The translations under genes were made by a program, and so were the position numbers. The notes beneath the pieces are model-generated. The model made no database searches. It worked only from the letters and a program-made list of their open reading frames with translations, and was not told where the DNA came from. Shown here in pieces: positions 1-9,436 of a stretch of DNA of 57,828 nt; position 1 is the stretch's first letter, and each line of letters starts with the position of its first letter. Origin of the DNA: Saprospiraceae bacterium (GTDB lineage Bacteria > Bacteroidota > Bacteroidia > Chitinophagales > Saprospiraceae). Location of the stretch: positions 1 through 57,828 of the forward strand of contig JAHDBF010000003.1 of the NCBI GenBank assembly GCA_020630525.1, given 5' to 3'.

Positions 1-123
1 CACAAAGCAACTGTTGTAGGAGATACTGTTGGAGATCCATTTAAAGATACTTCTGGACCTTCACTAAATATTTTATTAAAATTAATGTCCGTAGTTGCTT
101 TGGTAATTGCACCATTTATTTAA
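1..123 (+). CDS. hppA: 3' end of membrane H+/Na+-translocating pyrophosphatase (partial; start lies outside the window)
   Basis: Frame 1 reads [40 protein letters not shown] then TAA. The [22 protein letters not shown] block is the conserved C-terminal signature of membrane pyrophosphatases. Confidence 0.8.
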   Translation, partial: HKATVVGDTVGDPFKDTSGPSLNILLKLMSVVALVIAPFI

Positions 124-154
124 ATTTGTATTAGATAGCTCAATTATATACAGG

Positions 155-187
155 AGGCGGCTGATTTGTTTCAGACGCCTTTTTTTT
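155..187 (+). terminator. Rho-independent terminator after hppA
   Basis: Stem aggcg(g)ctga / tcag(a)cgcct, 6-nt loop, followed by T7. Confidence 0.7.
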
Positions 188-250
188 ATGCCTTATTCTG
201 AAATGTTGATTAACACAATTATAACAACTAATTGTATCCAACATTATAAT

Positions 251-258
251 TATATTTG
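251..258 (+). promoter_or_regulatory. Bacteroidota-type -7 promoter box (TAnnTTTG)
   Basis: TATATTTG lies 24 nt upstream of the ATG at 282. Confidence 0.35.
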
Positions 259-281
259 CTAGGCTTCGTTATCTTTAGCAT

Positions 282-800
282 ATGTCCATGCCTATGAAAT
301 ATCTATTGTCAATTTTCTTATTACTAAGTATAAATTTATTAAGTGCTCAGCCACCGCAAGAGTTTATTGATTACATGGTCAAAGAAGTAAATGACATAAG
401 AGCAAAAGGATGTCGTTGTGGTGGTAAAAGAATGAAACCCGCAAATCCAGTCCAATGGAACAATACACTTTATAAGTCCGCAAGAAAGCACGCCAAAGAT
501 ATGGATCGCTATAATTACTTTGGACACATCTCTAAATCTGGCTTGGATATAGGTCAAAGATTGGATGAAAATGGATATAACTGGAAAAATGCTGGTGAAA
601 ACCTAGGCGAAGGTCAAAAGTATTTTGATGAAGTCCTAGAAGATTGGCTTAAAAGTCCTAGTCATTGTAAAATGATTATGCATCCTAGTATGGAAGAAAT
701 GGCAGTGGCAAAATATGACAAATATTGGGTACAACATTTTGGGACACCCATGCCCGATAACCATGTCCGTGTTAATACCTATTATTCCGAAGGGAACTAA
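282..800 (+). CDS. Secreted CAP/SCP (YkwD-like) domain protein
   Basis: Signal peptide MKYLLSIFLLLSINLLSAQ. CAP-family blocks FGHISKSG, NAGENLGEG and WLKSPSHCKMIMHP (compare W.NSPGH..NIL). Confidence 0.75.
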   Translation: MSMPMKYLLSIFLLLSINLLSAQPPQEFIDYMVKEVNDIRAKGCRCGGKRMKPANPVQWNNTLYKSARKHAKDMDRYNYFGHISKSGLDIGQRLDENGYNWKNAGENLGEGQKYFDEVLEDWLKSPSHCKMIMHPSMEEMAVAKYDKYWVQHFGTPMPDNHVRVNTYYSEGN

Positions 801-885
801 GCTCACATTACATTTTCTAATTATCTGTTAAAACTAAATACAGTTTTTACCCACTTCGGGGCTAAGTTTATCATAATTGTTGTTC

Positions 886-893
886 TACATTTG
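886..893 (+). promoter_or_regulatory. Candidate -7 promoter box (TAnnTTTG) for giant gene A
   Basis: TACATTTG lies about 120 nt upstream of the ATG at 1015, implying a long 5' leader. Confidence 0.35.
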
Positions 894-958
894 CATCAGA
901 GGAAATTGGACGAACTCCCAATCGCTAAGAATTTTCTCCTTATGCACATCTGAACGAA

Positions 959-978
959 CCTTTATCAATTGATAAAGG
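959..978. promoter_or_regulatory. Perfect 20-bp palindrome in the leader of giant gene A
   Basis: CCTTTATCAATTGATAAAGG is its own reverse complement and has no loop. It sits 37 nt upstream of the start codon. Confidence 0.5.
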
Positions 979-1014
979 CTATGTAACAATTTATTTAACC
1001 TAAAACTCATTCCC

Positions 1015-4000
1015 ATGGTAAAAACCGATTTTTACCCAAAGAGAGTGGACATCCCAATTTGGCATGTATCGTTCTTGGTTGTGCTTTTTCTATTTTTAGG
1101 AATCACAGCAAATTCACAGAGTACATTTTTGGCATGTAATGACCAAATCCATCTATCCTTAGATGGTGATTGCGTCGCTTACATAACGCCTGATATTGTA
1201 CTCGAAGGAGAGGAAAATTATCCCGCTCCTTATAACGATCTCAGTAATTATATGATAAGTATTGAGACCGCTTCAGGTTCTGGTATTTCTGGTATAGAAG
1301 TAACCATTCCTGGCTCTTACAACGTTTCTATTATTGAAACTTATTCTGGCCTTAACAATAGTTGTTGGGGAACAGTAATCGTTGAAGACAAATTACCTCC
1401 AGTTATTGTTGGTGATCCTTGTCCTTGTCCTGTTGGAAACAACAATCCTGAATGTGTAATTACAGCTACTTGCTCAGACCTCGACAATATGTTGGCTGGG
1501 CATTATGACGATGTAATTGTACCTCAGTATGAAGATTGTTCTACTGTAGATTTAAACTATGTTGATTTAGTTTCTGAATATGGTCCTTGTAGTCCGATAA
1601 AGATTCAAAGACAATATAAACTAGTTGATGCTGGTGGCAACGAAACAACAACTTGTATCTATGAATACAGTGTAAATCCAATTGACATTCATTATGACAT
1701 CCACCATCCATTTGGACATATTGAATTACCATGTGGAGCTGGATTTAGTACTGATGATGTTTATGATCACTACTATAACATCAAATTGGAGATACTTTTG
1801 GCAGGTGCAAATAGTACAGAAGAAGTAGAAGCTGCAGAACTTGCTGCTCAACAATATGCAAATACATATGCATATCCAACTATTCATGGAAAACCAATTT
1901 GGAATAGTCTATGTAATCTTGCAATTGTAAAATCTGATTTAGTAATTCCTGCTTGTGAGGCTTGTACTGACTTAACTAAGGTGTTAAGAACATGGTCTTA
2001 TTTTGACTGGTGTACTGGTGAGAACTATGAGCATACACAAATCATTGTAAACGGAGATCCTGATGGTCCAACTATCTGGCATCCAGACTTTAGTATGAGT
2101 GTAGATCCATGGGGATGTTTTGGTGATTTTTATATGCCATATCCAGAGCACTTACATGACGATTGTAGTAACAATCTGTCATATAGTGTAACAGGTCCAT
2201 ATGGTGTCCATATTGAATATGAGGAAGGTCACGGATATCACGTTACTGGAGCACCTAAGGGCGTACACACTTTTTATTACCATGGACACGATTGTTGTAA
2301 TAATATTACTACACATCCAGTACAAGTGCATATTGTAGATGCAACACCACCTGTTGCAGTTGCTGGACAAGACATCATTGTTTCTTTAGTACCAGATGCA
2401 AATGGAGAAGGTATTGCTAAACTCTATGCTGGTAGTGTAGATAAAGGATCTCATGATGGATGCGGACCAGTAAAATTAGAAGTAAGAAGAGATGTCGGCG
2501 AATGTGGATTCGAAGGTAATACTACTTATAATGATGATTTCCATTTGGATGATGATAAAGATGATCCAGATAATGGCGAGTATGTAAAATTCTGTTGCTC
2601 AGATATATCGGAAAATGGTTTTGATAGTGATGGTGATGGAATCAATGATTACTCAGAACATAAAGTATGGTTAAGAGTTTGGGACGATGGTGACATGGAT
2701 GGTTACTATGGTACTGATGGAGATAACTATAACGAAACTTGGGCTATCGTGAGATTAGAAGACAAATCTCCACCTCAAGTAGTTTGTCCACCAGATATCA
2801 CTATAGATTGTGATACTGATATCAATGATTTTCATATCGTAGGTCAGGCTCAAGCATATAATTCATGTGGAGAAGCAGAAGTTATCTATGAAGATATAGA
2901 TGATAATTTTGGTTGTGGCTCAGGAACATTCCAAAGAAAATGGTCTGTTGTAGGATATCCTCATGCATTCTGTATTCAAGATATTTATGTACATGAATCT
3001 TACTATTCTAATATCGAGGTATTCTTTCCACAAGACACTGTCATCAATTGTGCTGATAATCTCGAAAACGAAAGACCTTATTGGGATGCTCCATCTTGCA
3101 ACTTACTTGCTTATAGTGTAGAGCGAGATACCTTCTTATTTGAAGACGGTGCATGTTTCAAAATATTAAACCATTGGACAGTTATTGACTGGTGTACATA
3201 TCAACCATTAGATCCTTATACAAGTGGATTGTGGGAGCATGTGCAAATAGTAAAAATCTATGACAACGATGCACCTACATTTGTAGATACTTGTGATGAG
3301 ATGATTATGAAAATTGCAAATGATTATGGAGACGAAGATGGTGATGGTATCATCTGTGAAAACAATGCTACCACTTTGATAAAAATCGCTCAAGATAATG
3401 GAGACTGTGCCAGTGATTGGATAAAGTGGACGGTACAAGTTGACCTTTGGGGAGATTGGACTTATGATTATACTTTCTCAAGTACAGCTCCATATGATAG
3501 TCCATTTTATTTAGACCCAACCTCTTCTGGTGAGCCAGTAAGAGTGGTTATCCCAGAAGGAATTCCTGGAAGTATGATTAACCACAGGGTAGTATGGAAG
3601 GCGACAGATGGATGCGGAAACGTAGTATCATGTACACAAGATTTAATGATTGTAGATAAAAAAGCACCGACGCCATATTGTGTAAATATTAGCAGCGCAA
3701 TAATGGATAATGGTGAGGTAGAACTTTGGGCTTGTGATTTTGACCTAGGTAGTTTTGACAATTGTTCCGCCAATGCAGATCTTAGGTTTACTTTCTCTGA
3801 AGTACATCCTGATGAAGATCCAGACTATAATCCAGATACCAAATGTTCATCACGGATTTTTAATTGTGATGACATCATAAATGCCGCCCAGCCGAACCCC
3901 GTGGAGGTTGATGTTTATGTTTGGGATGAAAAAGATAATGTAGATTTCTGTACAGTATATCTAACACTTATCGATAATCAAGGAGTTTGCCCAGAAGTAG

Positions 4001-5217
4001 TGGGTCAACTACAATCCCGAATTGGAGGTCAATTAACAACCGTGTCTGGAGAAGAACTAGCTCAATTTTCTGTAGAATTAAATAGTCCATCGTCTGAATT
4101 TCCACTTTTAAACATGACTGATGATCATGGTCATTATATATTTAACAATAATCCATTTGGATTAGATTATTCTATAAATGCTTCATCAAGAACCGATTGG
4201 TTAAATGGTGTATCTACCTTAGATTTAGTATTAATGCAAAAGCATATTTTATCATTAACTCCACTTACGGATCCTTATGATATGATAGCAGCAGATATCA
4301 ATAATGATGAAAACATTTCTGCCATTGATCTAGTAGAACTAAGAAAAGTTATCTTAGGTATCAATACTGAATTTCCTAACAACGATAGTTGGAGATTCCC
4401 AATTACAGAGCAGAATATGAATGCTACCAATCCTTGGCCTTTTTCCGAAACGGTTAATATCCAATCTTTTTCTTCGACAATGATGGATAACAACTTTATC
4501 GGTGTAAAAGTCGGAGATATTAACAATACTGCTGTAGTCACTTTAGATGGGAATAATACTCAATCAAGAAGTGGTAACAAATGGGCACTATATACCAATG
4601 CTGCAACGGTAAATGCAGATGGACAATACGAAATTGTAATTAAATCTGTAGCTAACCAAAAAGTAGCTGGAATGCAGTTTACCATCAATCATGCAGGAAT
4701 GAACTTGCTAGAAGTGAAGCCAGGAATATTGGATGCAAGCAATGCAAATGTTGGAATGGTTTCTAATGACAACTCAACATTCAGTTGGAATACAGGAAAA
4801 GCATTGAATATTGACAAAGACGAAGCATTAATGACATTGGTTTTTGAAAACGATGGTCAATTGAGTATCTCAAATGAGTTATTGAGTTCAGAAGCATACA
4901 TAGGAAGTGCACTTACAGAAGTAGAAGTGATATTGCAAGGAGTAAAATCTGAATTGGTAAATAAATTATACCAAAACGAACCAAATCCATTCAATAATGA
5001 AACCTCTATTGGATTTATGATTGCCGAAGAAGGCATGATAAGTCTTAAAATCATGGATGTAAGTGGAAGAGTATTGAAACAAATTAATGAATTCTATCCT
5101 GCTGGATATAATGAGTTGGTTATTTCAAAAGAAGATTTTGATACATCAGGATTAATGTATTACCAGTTTGAAAGCGGTGATTTCTCAGCTGTTAAGAAAA
5201 TGATTTTGGTTAAATAA
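1015..5217 (+). CDS. Giant secreted cysteine-rich HYR-like repeat protein A (1400 aa), T9SS cargo
   Basis: - N-terminal hydrophobic signal/anchor.
- Repeated modules with signatures such as CWG..VEDK.PP, LRTWSYFDWCTGE, FKILNHWTVIDWC, KGSHDGCGPVKLEVRR and GCGN..SC.
- C-terminal CTD LYQNEPNPFNNETSIGF...ISLKIMDVSGRVL...GLMYYQF...KKMILVK.
- Colinear paralog of 28248-32630. Confidence 0.85.
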   Translation: MVKTDFYPKRVDIPIWHVSFLVVLFLFLGITANSQSTFLACNDQIHLSLDGDCVAYITPDIVLEGEENYPAPYNDLSNYMISIETASGSGISGIEVTIPGSYNVSIIETYSGLNNSCWGTVIVEDKLPPVIVGDPCPCPVGNNNPECVITATCSDLDNMLAGHYDDVIVPQYEDCSTVDLNYVDLVSEYGPCSPIKIQRQYKLVDAGGNETTTCIYEYSVNPIDIHYDIHHPFGHIELPCGAGFSTDDVYDHYYNIKLEILLAGANSTEEVEAAELAAQQYANTYAYPTIHGKPIWNSLCNLAIVKSDLVIPACEACTDLTKVLRTWSYFDWCTGENYEHTQIIVNGDPDGPTIWHPDFSMSVDPWGCFGDFYMPYPEHLHDDCSNNLSYSVTGPYGVHIEYEEGHGYHVTGAPKGVHTFYYHGHDCCNNITTHPVQVHIVDATPPVAVAGQDIIVSLVPDANGEGIAKLYAGSVDKGSHDGCGPVKLEVRRDVGECGFEGNTTYNDDFHLDDDKDDPDNGEYVKFCCSDISENGFDSDGDGINDYSEHKVWLRVWDDGDMDGYYGTDGDNYNETWAIVRLEDKSPPQVVCPPDITIDCDTDINDFHIVGQAQAYNSCGEAEVIYEDIDDNFGCGSGTFQRKWSVVGYPHAFCIQDIYVHESYYSNIEVFFPQDTVINCADNLENERPYWDAPSCNLLAYSVERDTFLFEDGACFKILNHWTVIDWCTYQPLDPYTSGLWEHVQIVKIYDNDAPTFVDTCDEMIMKIANDYGDEDGDGIICENNATTLIKIAQDNGDCASDWIKWTVQVDLWGDWTYDYTFSSTAPYDSPFYLDPTSSGEPVRVVIPEGIPGSMINHRVVWKATDGCGNVVSCTQDLMIVDKKAPTPYCVNISSAIMDNGEVELWACDFDLGSFDNCSANADLRFTFSEVHPDEDPDYNPDTKCSSRIFNCDDIINAAQPNPVEVDVYVWDEKDNVDFCTVYLTLIDNQGVCPEVVGQLQSRIGGQLTTVSGEELAQFSVELNSPSSEFPLLNMTDDHGHYIFNNNPFGLDYSINASSRTDWLNGVSTLDLVLMQKHILSLTPLTDPYDMIAADINNDENISAIDLVELRKVILGINTEFPNNDSWRFPITEQNMNATNPWPFSETVNIQSFSSTMMDNNFIGVKVGDINNTAVVTLDGNNTQSRSGNKWALYTNAATVNADGQYEIVIKSVANQKVAGMQFTINHAGMNLLEVKPGILDASNANVGMVSNDNSTFSWNTGKALNIDKDEALMTLVFENDGQLSISNELLSSEAYIGSALTEVEVILQGVKSELVNKLYQNEPNPFNNETSIGFMIAEEGMISLKIMDVSGRVLKQINEFYPAGYNELVISKEDFDTSGLMYYQFESGDFSAVKKMILVK
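4018..5214 (+). other. C-terminal cassette of protein A: CarboxypepD_reg-like, dockerin-like, cohesin-like, T9SS CTD
   Basis: - CarboxypepD_reg-like: RIGGQLTTVSGEELAQFSVEL...DDHGHYIF.
- Dockerin-like, 4195-4400: DWLNGVSTLDLVLMQKHIL...AADINNDENISAIDLVELRKVILGI..NDSWRF.
- Cohesin-like: VAGMQFTINHAGMNLLEVKPGIL...ALMTLVFE.
- CTD from 4966. Confidence 0.6.
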
Positions 5218-5299
5218 ATTTGATCCAATGTTAAATTCGGTTTGAACCAGTTTCAATCTTGAAAATTAATTTGGATTTTAGGCAAAACTTTAATTTCAA

Positions 5300-5328
5300 G
5301 GGTTCAGAGTTTCTCTGAGCCCTTTTTT
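5300..5328 (+). terminator. Rho-independent terminator after gene A
   Basis: Stem gggttcagag / ctctgagccc (one G.U pair), 3-nt loop, T6. Confidence 0.7.
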
Positions 5329-5399
5329 ATTGTATTAAAATGAAATTTGAATACAAAAGAGATACATTTGCGCGTTAATAGGATTATCTATTTACTTTC

Positions 5400-6215
5400 A
5401 TGAACAAAGGATATTTAATTTTTTTATTGTTTTTTCTCCACGCAACATTTACCAATGCTCAAAAAGGTTGGGAGATTGGTGGTTGGTTAGGAGCTGCTCA
5501 TTATTTTGGTGATTTAAATACAGATTATAGTCTTAATGATCCTGGTATTGCTTTTGGTGCGATTTATAGAAGAAATTTTAATTCAAGGACTGGGGTAATG
5601 GCCAGTTTGGATTTCGGCAGAATTAGTGCCGCGGATGATGATTCCGACAACGCATTTGAACAAACAAGAAACCTTTCGTTTCGTTCTAATGTAGTTACCT
5701 TAAATGCTCATTTTGAATTTAACTTCTTCAATTATATTCATGGAAATAATGAGTATTACTTCACGCCTTACGCATTTCTAGGTTTCGGAATCACAAAATT
5801 TAATCCTCAAGCACAATTAGATGATACCTGGCATAATCTAAAAGATTTTAGCACAGAAGGACAATTTGTAAACAACCAATATCAGACTATTACGGGCAAT
5901 TTATCTTTTGGGTTGGGTATAAAATGGGACATTAATCGAGATTGGAGTATGAATGCATTCTTAACACCCAAAAGAACATTCACTGATTATCTTGATGATG
6001 TGAGTGGAGTATACCCCAATCTCCAGGACTTAAAAGCATCAAAAGGAGATTTAGCAGTTGCACTATCAGATCGAAGTGGTGTAGAAGGATTTGCTGAAGT
6101 AGGGTCTCAAAGAGGAAATAGTGAAAACAATGATATTTATGTCTTTTTTGGGGTGAGTATTATGCGCTATTTTTCGAGATTAGAATGTCCCAAAGTTTCT
6201 AAAATCAGAAACTAA
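5400..6215 (+). CDS. Outer-membrane beta-barrel protein (DUF6089-like)
   Basis: Signal peptide ending TNAQ. Alternating aromatic/hydrophobic beta-strand pattern (WEIGGWLGAAHYFGDL, AFGAIYRRNF, LSFGLGIKWDI, IYVFFGVSIMRYF). The family assignment is from memory. Confidence 0.6.
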   Translation: MNKGYLIFLLFFLHATFTNAQKGWEIGGWLGAAHYFGDLNTDYSLNDPGIAFGAIYRRNFNSRTGVMASLDFGRISAADDDSDNAFEQTRNLSFRSNVVTLNAHFEFNFFNYIHGNNEYYFTPYAFLGFGITKFNPQAQLDDTWHNLKDFSTEGQFVNNQYQTITGNLSFGLGIKWDINRDWSMNAFLTPKRTFTDYLDDVSGVYPNLQDLKASKGDLAVALSDRSGVEGFAEVGSQRGNSENNDIYVFFGVSIMRYFSRLECPKVSKIRN

Positions 6216-6625
6216 TGATCCAGCATATTACCTTAAAGCTCAAGCAAAGAGCAAGAGGATATTATATTATTACTGATGAATTATTGGATTGTATTCCTGA
6301 AATGCCAGAACAAGGAATATTACATGCATTTATCCACCATACATCAGCAGCATTAACCATAAATGAAGCAGCAGATCCAGATGTTTTATTAGATTTTGAA
6401 TCTATATTCAATCATATTATACCAGAAAATTTACCTTTTCTTAAACACACGATCGAAGGACCTGATGATATGCCTGCACATATTAAAGCAGCAATGATAG
6501 GTAATTCTATATCAATCCCGATTATTAATGGGAAACTGGCATTAGGGACATGGCAAGGAATCTACCTTTGTGAATTTAGAAATAGGGTGCATTCACGCAA
6601 AGTTACGGTTTCCATATATTCATAA
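6215..6625 (+). CDS. yjbQ: YjbQ/UPF0047 family protein (secondary thiamine-phosphate synthase enzyme)
   Basis: Blocks LHAFIHHTSAALTINEAADPDV, GPDDMPAHIKAAMIG and LALGTWQGIYLCEFR. The start overlaps the upstream stop (TAATG). Confidence 0.8.
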   Translation: MIQHITLKLKQRARGYYIITDELLDCIPEMPEQGILHAFIHHTSAALTINEAADPDVLLDFESIFNHIIPENLPFLKHTIEGPDDMPAHIKAAMIGNSISIPIINGKLALGTWQGIYLCEFRNRVHSRKVTVSIYS

Positions 6626-6718
6626 ACGCGAGAACATAAGTAACTTTTTGCTAAACAAAAAATCAATTCATATTATTAAATAAATCGGGTTAATTTCGCG
6701 CTGTAATTCCACATAATA

Positions 6719-7345
6719 ATGCAATATTTTTTAGAAGGATTAGGTTTTGGGTTATTTCTCACAGTTTCTATGGGGCCAATATTTGTTGCATTAACTCAAA
6801 CTTCTCTAGAAAAAGGATTTTGGCCAGGAACTACTGTTGGTATTGGAGTATGGAGTAGCGATTTAATAATCATTGGTTCATGTCTTAGCTTAGTAAATCT
6901 TGTAAAACATCTCATTAATAATACAGTATTTAATCTTGGGATGGGTATCGGCGGCGGTATTGTTATGATAATAATTGGCATCGGTATGTTTTTTCATAAA
7001 GCCTCAATCAATTATAATGACAAACAATATTCTGCAAAAAACTACTTAGGTTTTTGGATGAAAGGTTTTTTGGTAAATACATTAAATCCATTTACCTACG
7101 TATTTTGGCTGGCTGTCATTTCTACCTATGTATTTGGTCGAGGAACAAATATTCAAAACACAATCATATTCCTTGGGACAATAATGTTAGTAATCATAAG
7201 TTCTGATTTATTAAAAGTAGGATTGGCAAGTTATATTCGAGATAGACTTCAAGAAAAACACATTAAATGGGCGACCAATATTTCTGGTGTTTTCTTGATA
7301 ATATTTGGATTGGTGTTGATGATAAGAGTATTAATGGAATTATAA
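6719..7345 (+). CDS. LysE/RhtB family amino-acid exporter
   Basis: 208 aa, about 6 TM segments. N-terminal LEGLGFGLFLTVSMGPIFVALTQTSL and NPFTYVFW are typical of the LysE family. Confidence 0.7.
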   Translation: MQYFLEGLGFGLFLTVSMGPIFVALTQTSLEKGFWPGTTVGIGVWSSDLIIIGSCLSLVNLVKHLINNTVFNLGMGIGGGIVMIIIGIGMFFHKASINYNDKQYSAKNYLGFWMKGFLVNTLNPFTYVFWLAVISTYVFGRGTNIQNTIIFLGTIMLVIISSDLLKVGLASYIRDRLQEKHIKWATNISGVFLIIFGLVLMIRVLMEL

Positions 7346-7643
7346 ATGATTAACGCATATTAAGTACGTTATTTTTTATCTTCCAAATTTCATAGAGTCA
7401 CTAAAACTTAACCGTTTAGTATAAGTGATGTTTTGAATCAAAACAAAATCACAATAATCTCAGGAACAATTACTTCGGGTTATAGAATGAATTTTTTGAA
7501 TAAGTATACATTTTTAAAGCCTAAAATTGTCTTTTCTACTGATTGAAGAAGTGTATTTTCCTAAAAAATTACTAAACTATATATCATTCGACCAAGAATT
7601 TGTATTTTCAGATTCAAAAATTAATGATATAATAAATACACAT

Positions 7644-9101
7644 ATGAAAAGATATTTTACACTATTACTTTTTACTTGTTTTTACGCTTACGCAAATGGG
7701 CAGGTTTTACTTGAAGCAAACTATGCAGCAACAAAAACAAAAGATGAAATCAACGAGGAATTTGGAATTGATTTAGCGGTATATGATGTCGCTCTTTATC
7801 AAGTAACTTATTTAACCCCAAATTTTGCTGGAGTTTTAGATACTGCCTCTGGATTGTTTTGTTTGCCTGTTGCGCCAGATTTATATTTTCCGATTGCAAG
7901 TGTATCTCATGGTACACTTAATGACAGAAATAATGCACCATCAGCACTGGATGGTCAATATCAATTGGGTTATGTATGTGCATCCTTTGGCTTTGCTGGA
8001 GCAATGGCTGATTTGTTGGGAGTAGGCATAAGTAAAGGACCACAGAACTATATTCATACGGAAACAACTGCATCTGCAACAATTGATTTAATGCGGGCAC
8101 TTAGAGAATTTGATGAAATGTCGGACGAAATTCAGTTAACAAAGCAAACTTTTATCTATGGCTATTCTCAAGGCGGTCATAGTGCTATGGCAACCCATAA
8201 AATCATCGAAGAACGTTTTGCTGATGAGTTCCAAGTAACTGCTTCGGCACCGATGTCCGGTCCTTATAGTGTATCTGAGAAAATGATAGATTTTACTTTA
8301 GGTGATGAACCATATGGATTTTCAGCTTATTTGGCACAAGTATCACTTTCTATGAAAGCGGCTTATCCAGAAATCCTTGCTGATTATGGCATTGAAAATA
8401 TTTTCAGAGATCAATACCACGAAGATGTGTTTGCATTTGAAGCAGAAGAAATTGATTTGGGTGAATTAAGACAAAGACTAGACAACAAGTTAATAGCAGA
8501 TCATGGAGATTTATTCTGTAGAGAGTTAATGAAACCAGAAGCACTCGAAGGCATTAAAACACCTGGTCATCCATTGAATGAAGTTTTAGCACTTCAAGAT
8601 AACTATGATTGGACACCTAAGAATCTTATGAGAATCTATTACTGTGAAGCCGATGAGCAAGTTACTTATGAGAATGCAATATTGGCAGAAGAAACGATGA
8701 TTGCTAATGGGTCTACAACTGTAGAAGCATTAAGTATGGGAGCAGATAATAATCATGGAGGATGTGTAGCTCCTTCACTCACCAATGCTTTCTTTTGGTG
8801 GATGTCATTAAGAAATTCTGTTTTCGTTAGTAGTAATGAAAACTTAAATAAAGAAATTCCAACCATTATCGCTGGATCAAATGTGGTTTCAGAATCACTA
8901 CTGGTTTCAATTATAGACCAACATTTAGACGATTCTTCTTTATTAAATATTTATAATACCAATGGTCAATTGATGTATACTAACACTCAGCCACAAACTC
9001 AATTCAATATTGATGTAGCACATTTTACCTCGGGTGTGTACTATATTTCTTTTGTAGGCAATAACCAAGTATTAAAAACCGAGAAATTTATTAAGCAATA
9101 A
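7644..9101 (+). CDS. Secreted alpha/beta-hydrolase (lipase/esterase-like) with T9SS C-terminal domain
   Basis: - The ATG at 7644 gives the signal peptide MKRYFTLLLFTCFYAYANGQ; the ORF-track TTG at 7527 adds a non-signal extension.
- Nucleophile elbow GYSQGGH.
- CTD-like tail LLNIYNTNGQLMY...FTSGVYYISF...KTEKFIKQ. Confidence 0.7.
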   Translation: MKRYFTLLLFTCFYAYANGQVLLEANYAATKTKDEINEEFGIDLAVYDVALYQVTYLTPNFAGVLDTASGLFCLPVAPDLYFPIASVSHGTLNDRNNAPSALDGQYQLGYVCASFGFAGAMADLLGVGISKGPQNYIHTETTASATIDLMRALREFDEMSDEIQLTKQTFIYGYSQGGHSAMATHKIIEERFADEFQVTASAPMSGPYSVSEKMIDFTLGDEPYGFSAYLAQVSLSMKAAYPEILADYGIENIFRDQYHEDVFAFEAEEIDLGELRQRLDNKLIADHGDLFCRELMKPEALEGIKTPGHPLNEVLALQDNYDWTPKNLMRIYYCEADEQVTYENAILAEETMIANGSTTVEALSMGADNNHGGCVAPSLTNAFFWWMSLRNSVFVSSNENLNKEIPTIIAGSNVVSESLLVSIIDQHLDDSSLLNIYNTNGQLMYTNTQPQTQFNIDVAHFTSGVYYISFVGNNQVLKTEKFIKQ

Positions 9102-9129
9102 GAATTTTTATTAAAACTTATATTTTAAC

Positions 9130-9162
9130 AGGATCATTCAACTTTGGATGATCCTTTTTTTT
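9130..9162 (+). terminator. Rho-independent terminator after the lipase gene
   Basis: Stem aggatcat / atgatcct, then T7. Confidence 0.7.
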
Positions 9163-9325
9163 ATCTGGCTTATAAGTATTTCCTTATTCTGTGTTCAAAA
9201 ATAGGAACAGATTAAGACAAGAATGAATTAAACTATCTTAAATCAATCACACTTTTTTCCTTTCCCCCTATCCTTAATTTTAAAAACTGTCAGCTATTTA
9301 TCAGTAAATCGTGCATTTATTGCAC

Positions 9326-9380
9326 TTGTAGGGTTTTTGTAGGTGTGTTCAAGGTTTCTTGTAGCGTAGGGTAGTAGGGA
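9326..9380 (+). repeat. Phased TTGTAGG direct repeats upstream of the small ORF at 9437
   Basis: TTGTAGG at 9326 and 9337, and TTGTAGC at 9359 (offsets 11 and 22 nt), followed directly by GTAGG (9366) and GTAGT (9371)-AGGGA. Confidence 0.5.
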
Positions 9381-9436
9381 GTCATGCTGATTTTCCCTGT
9401 CTATTGAGTGTATTTAGTAATTAAAAAGCATTTGAT

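Noticed and set aside
7430-7444. A 15-bp palindrome GTTTTGAATCAAAAC in the LysE-lipase intergenic region.
   Set aside because: It is real in the sequence but short, AT-rich and about 200 nt from the lipase start, with no second copy noticed. The evidence is too weak to call it an operator.
7527-7643. TTG-initiated 39-codon N-terminal extension of the lipase ORF given in the ORF track.
   Set aside because: The extension (MSFLLIEEVYFPKK...) is not signal-like. The ATG at 7644 yields a canonical signal peptide directly, so the shorter model is preferred.
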